Source of the DNA: Treponemataceae bacterium
GTDB taxonomy: Bacteria > Spirochaetota > Spirochaetia > Treponematales > Rectinemataceae
Assembly (NCBI GenBank): GCA_963667725.2
Contig: CAXXHO010000003.1
Location: 1,760,001-1,824,000 of the forward strand
Length of the DNA stretch: 64,000 nt
Direction of reading: 5' to 3'
In this document: piece by piece, positions 38,887-46,960 of the stretch
Numbering within the stretch: the stretch's first letter is position 1
How the letters are laid out: the number at the start of each line of letters is the position of its first letter
The notes under the pieces: generated by a model
Told to the model about the DNA's origin: nothing
Databases searched by the model: none
The model's input: only the letters and a program-made list of their open reading frames with translations
Translations under genes and position numbers: made by a program

Positions 38887-40455
38887 ATGAGATGCAAATC
38901 AATTCTGGCCCTCGTGGCCTTCTCTTTCTGCGTTTTGGGCGGGATTTCGGCTATAGGCGTCGACTCGGCTTCCATCTCGATCAACAGCGAGAACGTCATC
39001 AGCCCGGGCGCGGCGCAGGTCGTCATACGCGGGACGCCGAGCGGCGCGTATATAGCGGTGGACGGAGGAAGCTCGAGTTATTCGACCTGGACAGGAAGCC
39101 TTTCTCCCGGCCATCACATCATCTCGGTATCGGCCATCGACCATTATCCTGCGCAGTATTCCTTCACTGCCCAGGAAAACACGAAATACACCATCCATAT
39201 AACGCTTGAGGACCATACGGGCTACCTCTCGATAGACGTATTCCCCTACGACGCGAGCGTCTATGTCGACGGATCCAAGGTCAATGGCCCGATCGCGGAA
39301 ATCCCCGTGGGCAGATACAACGTGTCGGTCAAGAAATTCGGATACGACGAAGAAAAACTCCCGATCGTCATTTTCTGGCAGAGGACATCCACGCTGAACA
39401 TCGAGTTGTCGCCTTCGGTTTTCGAGATCAGCGCCTTCGGAGCGAGACCGGAGCGATTCAATCCGGCCAACAGGGGATTATACGATCGCAGCGCCTTGAG
39501 CTTCACGGTGTCGGCGCCGGGCTATGGTTCCATTAAGGTGCTGGATGCCCAAGACAACTCCGTCCACGAGGTGGAGCTGCCCGTTTTCAGGACCTGGTTC
39601 CAGCGCCTCCTCTGGGACGGAAGGGATGAGTCGGGCCGAGCCCTGGCAGACGGCGACTACAAAGTCATCCTTTCCCTCTGGTCGCTTCCCCCTGCCGAAG
39701 GCCAGGCGCAGCCATTCCTAACGCTGGATAGAGGCGGGCAGGCTGATTCAGATCCCGGACTGCCTATCAGCCTTTCGACGACGGTGACCATCGATTCCTC
39801 GCTCACGATCCTGCCTTCGGGGACTTCGGCCGCGAGGCCGGGCCTCCTCTATTTTGCCGATCCCAAGGTACGGGAACTCCTTCCGGGCAGCGTCGAGCTG
39901 GTGGGGTGCTTCCCCGGCGGCGCCTCTGTCTCCCTGGGGTTTAAAATCGGCGACTCGACCATGCTGGCTGTGGAAGGCATCTTCGACGCGGCCCCCGGCG
40001 GCGCCGTGGCGGGCAGCATTCTGAGCAGCATAGGGAAATTCCCTGGGGCCGACCTGGGGATTCTGGGCCGCGTCGCATGGAGCAGCGCGACGGTTCCCTC
40101 CTATCCGGGCTCGGCGTCGGAAGCGGAACTAGCGCTTCCCATAGCCCTCGACATGGGAAACTTGCGTTTAGGAATAGCGCCTGGCGTCGTATTGGACCTC
40201 AGGAACGAAAGCTTCGCGGCTCGGGTCGGCGCTGCCTTCTGGTATGAAAGCGCCGGACTGAGCGCGGGGCTTTCCGCCCAGGGGAACTTTGGGGCATCGG
40301 CTTTCATGAGCCCCGCCAATCCTCTCTACGCGGCGGCTGAGGCGAGGACGCTCTTCGAGAACCTTCCCTTCACCATGCTGTTCAGGCTTTCTGGAACCTT
40401 CGAACCCGGCCTGGTCGATCCCGCCGCGAGCATCGGATTCGGGGTAGCCTGGTGA
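38887..40455 (+). CDS. Exported protein with PEGA domains, FlgD-like Ig domain and probable C-terminal beta-barrel
   Basis: Signal peptide; PSGAYIAVDG and PYDASVYVDG...GRYNVSVKKFGY; WDGRDESGRALADGDY; terminal IGFGVAW. Confidence 0.75.
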   Translation: MRCKSILALVAFSFCVLGGISAIGVDSASISINSENVISPGAAQVVIRGTPSGAYIAVDGGSSSYSTWTGSLSPGHHIISVSAIDHYPAQYSFTAQENTKYTIHITLEDHTGYLSIDVFPYDASVYVDGSKVNGPIAEIPVGRYNVSVKKFGYDEEKLPIVIFWQRTSTLNIELSPSVFEISAFGARPERFNPANRGLYDRSALSFTVSAPGYGSIKVLDAQDNSVHEVELPVFRTWFQRLLWDGRDESGRALADGDYKVILSLWSLPPAEGQAQPFLTLDRGGQADSDPGLPISLSTTVTIDSSLTILPSGTSAARPGLLYFADPKVRELLPGSVELVGCFPGGASVSLGFKIGDSTMLAVEGIFDAAPGGAVAGSILSSIGKFPGADLGILGRVAWSSATVPSYPGSASEAELALPIALDMGNLRLGIAPGVVLDLRNESFAARVGAAFWYESAGLSAGLSAQGNFGASAFMSPANPLYAAAEARTLFENLPFTMLFRLSGTFEPGLVDPAASIGFGVAW

Positions 40456-41690
40456 GCGGCGCCGATACGCCAGAGGGCGGAACCGACCCCACGGGCAGGG
40501 TCGGTCTTTTTGCCTGTGCCGGCTACGATCCGGCCGCCCTCGACGAGGTTATCCTCAAGGCCGCCGACTACGCCGGTTTTCCGGAGGTCAGGGGAAAGCG
40601 GATTCTGGTCAAGCCCAACCTTCTGAAGGCAGCTTCCGCGGACACGGCGGTGACGACGCACCCGGAATTCGTGGCCGCCGTCCTGCGTTTTCTCAAGGCG
40701 CGAGGAGCGTCGCGCGTCATGGTGGGCGATTCGCCGGGTTTCCAGAGCGGATTGTCCGCGGGAAAAGCGGCGGGCATCTACGACGCGGCGATCGGAAACG
40801 GCGCCGAATGGGTCGATTTCCTGCCGGGCAAGCCCAGGACGGCGCCTGAGGCGCGGCTCATAAAAAACTTCACCCTAGCTTCGGTCCTCGACGAATGCGA
40901 CCTTGTCGTGAACCTTCCCAAGCTTAAAACGCATAGGCTCATGAACTACACCGGAGCCATGAAAAACCTCTTCGGCCTCATTCCCGGCCTCGGCAAGAGC
41001 AGGATGCATCTGCATTTCGCCGACAAGGCGAAATTCGGAACCATGCTGGTCGACCTCGCGCTGTCAGTACCAAACTGTTTCAGTTTCATGGATGGAATCG
41101 TCGCGATGGAAGGGGAAGGACCGGGCGCCGGCTACCCCTTCCCCCTGGGGCTCGTCCTCGCTTCGGGCGACATGGCGGCGCTCGATTGGACAGCGGCGCG
41201 ATGCATAGGATACGACCCTTCAAGGATTCCTTACCTTATCGACGCGATAGGACGAAGCGGACGCGACCCGGCGGCGCCGCAAATCGAGGTAGGCCCGCGC
41301 GCCGTGGCCGACGTGGCCGCGAAGAATTTCAGACTCCTCCCCTACGGAGGATCGGCGACGCCCGACGTGATCAAGATGCCCGCCTTTCTCTGGAAAGCCC
41401 TGATGCGGATTGTCTCCAACAGGCCGATTTTCCTTCCGGAAAAATGCACGGGCTGCAAAGCCTGCGTCAAGATATGCCCGGCAAAAGCCCTCGAGCTCGG
41501 GAAAAACGCGAAGGGACAACATCAGATCCGCATAGACGATGGCGCCTGCATAACCTGCTTCTGCTGCCACGAGGTCTGCCCCTCCCACGCGATCGCCGTC
41601 GGCAGGGTCCTGGCGAGAAAACCGGGCGAGAAGAAGCCGGCGGAGAAGAAGCCGGCGGAGAAGAAACCTACAGAGAAGATGCCGCGATGA
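40452..41690 (+). CDS. DUF362 domain protein with C-terminal 2x4Fe-4S ferredoxin
   Basis: ILVKPNLL, TTHPE, VGDSPG, NLPKLKTH, GAMKNLFG, MEGEGP; two CxxCxxCxxxCP. Confidence 0.9.
   Translation: MSGADTPEGGTDPTGRVGLFACAGYDPAALDEVILKAADYAGFPEVRGKRILVKPNLLKAASADTAVTTHPEFVAAVLRFLKARGASRVMVGDSPGFQSGLSAGKAAGIYDAAIGNGAEWVDFLPGKPRTAPEARLIKNFTLASVLDECDLVVNLPKLKTHRLMNYTGAMKNLFGLIPGLGKSRMHLHFADKAKFGTMLVDLALSVPNCFSFMDGIVAMEGEGPGAGYPFPLGLVLASGDMAALDWTAARCIGYDPSRIPYLIDAIGRSGRDPAAPQIEVGPRAVADVAAKNFRLLPYGGSATPDVIKMPAFLWKALMRIVSNRPIFLPEKCTGCKACVKICPAKALELGKNAKGQHQIRIDDGACITCFCCHEVCPSHAIAVGRVLARKPGEKKPAEKKPAEKKPTEKMPR
41613..41684 (+). repeat. 15-bp degenerate tandem repeat (EKKPA units)
   Basis: GAGAAGAAGCCGGCG x2 perfect plus three degenerate flanking copies at the end of the DUF362 gene. 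Confidence 0.85.
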
Positions 41691-43300
41691 GCCACAGCGA
41701 CTTGGGCCGCTTCCTGGATTTCGGAAGCGCGGATCTGTATAAAAAACTAGATCTTCCCCCGCCTCATTGGGACTCGGGACGCCTCATCGTCGATTCGGAG
41801 AGCCTGGCCGCGCTTTCGCGAACCGCCTTTTCAGAGATCGCGTTCAAGTATCCCCGGGGACATCTGGAGCTTCTGGCCGCCATCCTCAGGGATGAGGATG
41901 CCTCGCCGAACGAGAAATTCGTCGTGGAAATGCTTCTCAGGAACGCCGCCATAGCGGCCGAGGGCCTGCTGCCGATGTGCCAGGACACGGGCACGGCCCT
42001 CATCTACGGCTGGAAGGGGGCGGGGATCGAAATGTCGCCCGATGACGCGTCCAAGGCCGCGCCGGATGACGATGACGCGGCAACTCTGGCCCGCGGCGCC
42101 GCCGAGGCATACGCGGAACGACGCTTGCGGAAATCCCAGCAGGGACCGGAATCCGTCCTCGCGGAAAAAAACACCAAGGACAATCTACCCGCCCTCGTGG
42201 ACCTGCGCGCCGCACCCGGCTCCGCGTACCGATTCCTTTTCGCCGCCAAGGGCGGCGGCTCGACGAGCAGGACTTCCTTGAGCATGGAAAGTCCCGCGAT
42301 TTTGCGCAAGGAAGCGCTCGAGGCGGTTCTGACGGCCAGGATCAAGGCCCTGGGCGCCTCGGCCTGCCCTCCCTACACGATCGCCGCTGTCCTGGGCGGG
42401 GCTTCTGGCTCCCAGGCCCTTTACGCGATGGAACTGGCCGCCTTCGGGCTGCTCGACGGACTTCCGGGAAGTGCGGAGGCCGACGGATCCCCCCTGCGGA
42501 GCGCCGAATGGGAAGATATCGTCGCGAGAATAGCCGCCGAATCCGGCACCGGGGCGCAGTGGGGAGGCAGGCATCTCGCCCTCGAGACGCGTTTCATACG
42601 CCTTTCCCGCCATGCCGCGAACCTCCCCCTCGCCATCGGCGTATCCTGTTCGGCGCACCGAAAGGCGCGGGCTTTCGTGGACGAAAGCGGCTGGCATATC
42701 GAAAAAATGGAAGACGATCCGGGGCGGCTTCTGCCCCGAGAAAGCGCCGTCCTGCCCGATGCCGTGGAAGTGGACCTCGACGCTCCCGCCCCGAAATGGA
42801 TGGAAAAGCTGCGCCGTTTGGATGCCGGCGCCGCGGTGTCCCTTTCGGGAACCGTGACGGTGGCCCGCGACCTGGCCCACGCGAGAGTGGCGGCCCTGCT
42901 GCGGGACGGCCAGCCCATGCCCGCCTACTTTACGGATCACCCGATCTTCTACGCGGGGCCGACCGATCCGGCGCCAGGCGCCGTCACGGGTTCCTTCGGT
43001 CCGACGACAGCCTCCCGGATGGACAGCTACCTCGAACCTTTCATGAAAAAGGGAGCGTCCCTCGTCACCATCGCCAAAGGCGCGCGGGGCAAGGAAGCCG
43101 CCGCGGCCATAGCCGGCGCGAATGGGATATACCTCGCCTGCGTGGGAGGGGCCGCGGCCATCATGGCCAGGGACCATGTCGTGGAAAGCAGGATCATAGA
43201 CCATGCCGATCTCGGCATGGAGGCCGTCCGGGCGGTGCGCCTGAAGAACCTTCCCGCCCTTGTCGTGATTGACGCTCGAGGCGCAAACTTTTATTCTTGA
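41687..43300 (+). CDS. Class I Fe-S fumarate hydratase-like hydro-lyase (fused alpha-beta)
   Basis: PMCQDTG, KGGGS, ACPPY, VSCSAHR, ARDLAH, YAGP, GPTTASRMD. Confidence 0.85.
   Translation: MSHSDLGRFLDFGSADLYKKLDLPPPHWDSGRLIVDSESLAALSRTAFSEIAFKYPRGHLELLAAILRDEDASPNEKFVVEMLLRNAAIAAEGLLPMCQDTGTALIYGWKGAGIEMSPDDASKAAPDDDDAATLARGAAEAYAERRLRKSQQGPESVLAEKNTKDNLPALVDLRAAPGSAYRFLFAAKGGGSTSRTSLSMESPAILRKEALEAVLTARIKALGASACPPYTIAAVLGGASGSQALYAMELAAFGLLDGLPGSAEADGSPLRSAEWEDIVARIAAESGTGAQWGGRHLALETRFIRLSRHAANLPLAIGVSCSAHRKARAFVDESGWHIEKMEDDPGRLLPRESAVLPDAVEVDLDAPAPKWMEKLRRLDAGAAVSLSGTVTVARDLAHARVAALLRDGQPMPAYFTDHPIFYAGPTDPAPGAVTGSFGPTTASRMDSYLEPFMKKGASLVTIAKGARGKEAAAAIAGANGIYLACVGGAAAIMARDHVVESRIIDHADLGMEAVRAVRLKNLPALVVIDARGANFYS
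43269..43297 (+). promoter_or_regulatory. Sigma70-like promoter for MFS gene (very short leader)
   Basis: TTGACG-17-TATTCT, 9 nt before ATG 43307. Confidence 0.55.
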
Positions 43301-43306
43301 AACGAT

Positions 43307-44491
43307 ATGACAATTTCCGAAAGAACCGGACAAACGGGCTTCAAGTTCGGCTTCAGCTATTTCCTGTTCTTCGCCATCTATGGAATTTCCTCGCCATATC
43401 TGCAGATCATGCTCAGGAGGATTGGCTACAGCCCGGCCTCCGTCGGCATTTTGCTCGGAATATTCGAACTCGTTGGCATTCTCGGCCCCATCGTTCTCGC
43501 GAGAAAAGCCGACGCCATGGGCCGCTTCAATCCCTTTCTCATCGGATCGAGCGCCATTATCATCATGGGGAGCTTCCTGCTGGTGACGGTCAAATCCCCC
43601 CTGGGAACGATTCTAAGCCTCAGCCTGCTCTCCCTTGGGCTTAAAACCCCGGTCCCCGTCATGGACACTTCGATCCTCATAGCCCTGGAGCGGGAACGCG
43701 CCATGGGGCGAAAAACCTCCACCTATGGAACGCTGCGCGGTCTTGGCTCCGTCGGCTTCGTCCTCGTCACCTTGTGCCTGCAGATAATCCCTGGCTTCGA
43801 CGCCCAATCGCCCGCCGTGATGGCCATCGTCATGGCATCGCTGGCTATAGTATTCCTCATCAGCCTCTACTGGCTTCCCGAATCGGGCGGGGGACAAAAG
43901 ACGGAGAAAAAAGCGGGGCTCAACCTAGCCTGGATCGATTCCACCTTCCTGATCGGCCTGGGCGTCATCGCCCTGGGCAGGCTCGCGATGGCTTCCATCA
44001 ATTCGTTTTTCTCGCTGTACCTCATGGAATCCCTCGAGTGGCACGCTATCGGGGCCATGTCGGCGCTGGCCGCCATCGTCGAGATTCCGATGATGATCCT
44101 TTCATGGAAATTCATGCGAAAGAAAAGCCCGATGCAGGTGATAAGCCTCGCGTCGGCGGCCATCGTCGTCCGACTCCTGATCTACGCGATTTTTCCGAGC
44201 CGGCTGGGCGTCATCGCCGGCCAGCTCCTGCATTCCATCTGTTACGGACTCTTCCAGCCCGCCTCCATCGTCTTCGTCAATCTCAAAACCCCGCCGGGGG
44301 AGAGGACGACAGGCATGGCCCTGCTTCTGGGAATCGGGATGGGACTGCCGGCCTTCATCGGCAGCGCCTTCGGAGGCCTTGTGGTGGAAGCGGTGGGGTA
44401 TCGCTGGCTATTCGCGATTTTCAGCCTATTCGCCGTCCTGAGCTTGGTCCTCTATCGTATGCACGAAAAAGTCCTTAAAGAAGTCCGCTGA
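43307..44491 (+). CDS. MFS transporter (MFS_1_like, HcaT/LacY-like)
   Basis: About 12 TM; YGTLRGLGSVGF; AIVEIP; GQLLHSICYG. Confidence 0.88.
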   Translation: MTISERTGQTGFKFGFSYFLFFAIYGISSPYLQIMLRRIGYSPASVGILLGIFELVGILGPIVLARKADAMGRFNPFLIGSSAIIIMGSFLLVTVKSPLGTILSLSLLSLGLKTPVPVMDTSILIALERERAMGRKTSTYGTLRGLGSVGFVLVTLCLQIIPGFDAQSPAVMAIVMASLAIVFLISLYWLPESGGGQKTEKKAGLNLAWIDSTFLIGLGVIALGRLAMASINSFFSLYLMESLEWHAIGAMSALAAIVEIPMMILSWKFMRKKSPMQVISLASAAIVVRLLIYAIFPSRLGVIAGQLLHSICYGLFQPASIVFVNLKTPPGERTTGMALLLGIGMGLPAFIGSAFGGLVVEAVGYRWLFAIFSLFAVLSLVLYRMHEKVLKEVR

Positions 44492-44524
44492 TAGGGTTTC
44501 GAAGCCCGCTGAAAAGCCAGAATC

Positions 44525-45112
44525 TCAATACGCGGCTATGCCCTGCCTGCGAAGGCATTTTTCCGCTAGGAAGAGGGCTGTCGCCATGAGGGCGTGACTC
44601 AATTCCCCCTCGCCCATTCCGTCATGAACGGCTTTCGCGGGCATGAGGAGGGCGTCCACGACCTCGTCTTCGTCCAGGTTCCGGTCGACCGCCGGGTAGG
44701 GATCGAGGGCGAGATAGACATGAAAGCGGTTGGATTGAATGGCCGGGTTGGGAAAAACCGTGCCCGCATGGAGAAGAACGGAGGGAATCCATCCTGTTTC
44801 CTCGGCCAACTCCCTGGCGGCCGCCTTCTCGGGGGCTTCTCCCTCTTCGATGACCCCGCCGGGGAATTCCAGGCTCGACTCGTCCGAACCATGCCGGTAC
44901 TGCCGCACCATCAGGAATTGGGCTTCCTGCCCCTTTCTCAACAGCGGCACGACGACGGCCCAATCCCTGGCCTCGAGCACCTGAAAAGTGCCTTTTCTGC
45001 CTTCCGGCCCGGAGCTGGTCTGCTCGAATACCGTGAACACCGCCCCTCTGTAGATTTCCTCTTTGGAAAGCTTTTTCCATGAGAGAGCGCCCGAACCGTC
45101 GCCAGCCACCAT
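44525..45112 (-). CDS. NUDIX hydrolase (ADP-ribose pyrophosphatase-like)
   Basis: VRQYRHG, LEFPGGVIEEGEAPEKAAARELAEETG Nudix box; AGGAGG RBS. Confidence 0.93.
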   Translation of the reverse strand: MVAGDGSGALSWKKLSKEEIYRGAVFTVFEQTSSGPEGRKGTFQVLEARDWAVVVPLLRKGQEAQFLMVRQYRHGSDESSLEFPGGVIEEGEAPEKAAARELAEETGWIPSVLLHAGTVFPNPAIQSNRFHVYLALDPYPAVDRNLDEDEVVDALLMPAKAVHDGMGEGELSHALMATALFLAEKCLRRQGIAAY

Positions 45113-45204
45113 AAAGGCCTCCTGAAGGATTGATGGTACCGAAGCCGGGCCGGCACATCAAGCGGTTCTACGCGGCGCGTCGGCCGCGAATCCCTACTTC
45201 GATG

Positions 45205-45233
45205 TTGCGAAGTCCCATTCGATGCGTTAGGAT
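45205..45233 (+). promoter_or_regulatory. Sigma70-like promoter (leaderless) for PAS/GT operon
   Basis: TTGCGA-17-TAGGAT, 6 nt before ATG 45240. Confidence 0.6.
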
Positions 45234-45239
45234 GGTCAC

Positions 45240-45596
45240 ATGGAAAAATTGCCAGCCAGCTTAAGCGAAGCGATCGGTTCGATAGACGCCGCCGTCACGG
45301 TCTGCGATGCGGATCTCAGGCTTCTCTATATGAATGAAAAATCCAGGCTCACCTTCGGGGGAAAAGAATCGGGACCTCTCGTCGGAAGCAGCCTCGTCGA
45401 CTGCCATAAGCCTCAGTCGGTGAAAAAAATGAGGGAAATTCTCGCTTCCGGACAGCCTAACGTCTATACCATCTCCAAGAATGGCGTGAAGAAACTCATC
45501 TGGCAGGCGCCCTGGGAAAAAGACGGAAAAATCGGCGGCCTTGTTGAGATATCCATACCTCTGCCCGAGGTAATGCCCCATTACGATCGCGGATGA
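45240..45596 (+). CDS. Stand-alone PAS domain protein
   Basis: AVTVCDADLRLLYMN, VGSSLVDCH, GKIGGLVEI. Confidence 0.8.
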   Translation: MEKLPASLSEAIGSIDAAVTVCDADLRLLYMNEKSRLTFGGKESGPLVGSSLVDCHKPQSVKKMREILASGQPNVYTISKNGVKKLIWQAPWEKDGKIGGLVEISIPLPEVMPHYDRG

Positions 45597-45602
45597 AGTT
45601 CC

Positions 45603-46631
45603 ATGATGAAAGCTCCCATTCAGGTTTCGGTCGTCATACCGGTTTTCAACGAGGAAGGTAATATCGAGGCCTTAGCCGGGGCCCTGGCCGAAGCCCTGGA
45701 CGCGGCGCTCGCGGCGGGATGCGAAGGTTGCCCGCCCATAGCCGCGGGCGACTACGAGCTCATTTTCGTCGATGACGGAAGCGGCGATCGGAGCCTTTTC
45801 ATCCTCCGAGGCTTGGCCCGTAAAAACCAGCGCGTCCGCTACATCAGCTTCAGCCGCAACTTCGGCCATCAGGCCGCCCTGCGCGCCGGCCTCGAAGCGG
45901 CACAGGGCGAATGCGTCGTGATGATGGACGGCGATTTCCAGCACCCGCCCTCGCTGGTGCCCGCGCTGATCGCCGAATACGAGCGCGGTTTCGACATAGT
46001 CTCCACGAAACGCGTCGAGCCGAACGCGGCCGCGCGTGGCTCTCGGGAGCGCACACCGCTAGTAAAGCGGCTAACGTCGCGCCTGTTCTATTCCCTGATC
46101 AACAAGTTGAGCGACACCAAGCTTGAACCGGGATCGGCCGACTTCAGACTGGTTTCGCGGAGAGCGAGAGACCTGCTTCTGTCCATGAAAGAACATAACC
46201 TTTTCCTGAGAGGCGCCATTCCCTGGACCGGCCTGCCTTCCACCGAAATCTCCTATACCCCCGACCGCAGGCGAAGCGGGGAAACAAAATACACACTTTC
46301 GAAGATGCTCTCCCTCGCCCTCGACGGCATAACGTCCTTCAGCGTCAAACCCCTAAGGCTCACATCCGTCGCCGGCGCATTAATCTCGGGCCTAGGGTTC
46401 GCTTACGCGCTCTATGCCCTCGTCATCCGCCTAACTACGAACAAGACCGTGGAAGGCTGGACCAGCATTCTCATAAGCATCCTCATCATTGGGGGAATCC
46501 AGCTTATATCCTTGGGCATCATCGGCGAATACCTGGGCAAGCTCTTCATGGAAACAAAAGGCAGGCCGCACTATGTCGTCAAGGAAGCGTCCCCGAGCCC
46601 CTGCCGTGAAGACAGCGGAGACCAGACATGA
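45603..46631 (+). CDS. Glycosyltransferase family 2, polyprenol-phosphate glycosyltransferase (GtrB/ArnC-like)
   Basis: VIPVFNEE, VDDGS, FSRNFGHQ, MDGDFQHPP, two C-terminal TMs, GEYLGK..RPHY. Confidence 0.93.
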   Translation: MMKAPIQVSVVIPVFNEEGNIEALAGALAEALDAALAAGCEGCPPIAAGDYELIFVDDGSGDRSLFILRGLARKNQRVRYISFSRNFGHQAALRAGLEAAQGECVVMMDGDFQHPPSLVPALIAEYERGFDIVSTKRVEPNAAARGSRERTPLVKRLTSRLFYSLINKLSDTKLEPGSADFRLVSRRARDLLLSMKEHNLFLRGAIPWTGLPSTEISYTPDRRRSGETKYTLSKMLSLALDGITSFSVKPLRLTSVAGALISGLGFAYALYALVIRLTTNKTVEGWTSILISILIIGGIQLISLGIIGEYLGKLFMETKGRPHYVVKEASPSPCREDSGDQT

Positions 46632-46951
46632 ATATCCTGCTGTTGATAACTGGCGTTTCCTTCTCGGCCCTGGCGCAGATCGCGCTCAAATACTCGGCCC
46701 GTTTCGTCGCGTGGGGAGGCCGATGGTTGGCCGTCACCGCCGCCGGAGCCGCGATGTACGGCGCCTCCTTCCTGATCTATTCCTTCCTTCTTCGCAAGGA
46801 AGACCTGAGCAGGATCAGCCCCATCATGACGAGCGCCGTGGCCCTCATCGTGGTTCTGGCCGGAACGCTGCTCTTCGGCGAGGAAATGACGGCCCGGAGG
46901 GGAGCCGGAATAGCCCTGGGCATAGCGGCCATCGTTCTTCTGGCCAGGTAA
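46628..46951 (+). CDS. Small 4-TM SMR/EamA-like protein (ArnE/ArnF-type flippase candidate)
   Basis: 107 aa; AQIALK, DLSRISP, LFGE; overlaps GT2 stop. Confidence 0.75.
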   Translation: MNILLLITGVSFSALAQIALKYSARFVAWGGRWLAVTAAGAAMYGASFLIYSFLLRKEDLSRISPIMTSAVALIVVLAGTLLFGEEMTARRGAGIALGIAAIVLLAR

Positions 46952-46960
46952 TCGCGATCC

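Noticed and set aside
41186..41686. N-terminal extension of the 704-aa fumarase ORF
   Set aside because: It overlaps the DUF362 gene in another frame; the plausible start is ATG 41687.
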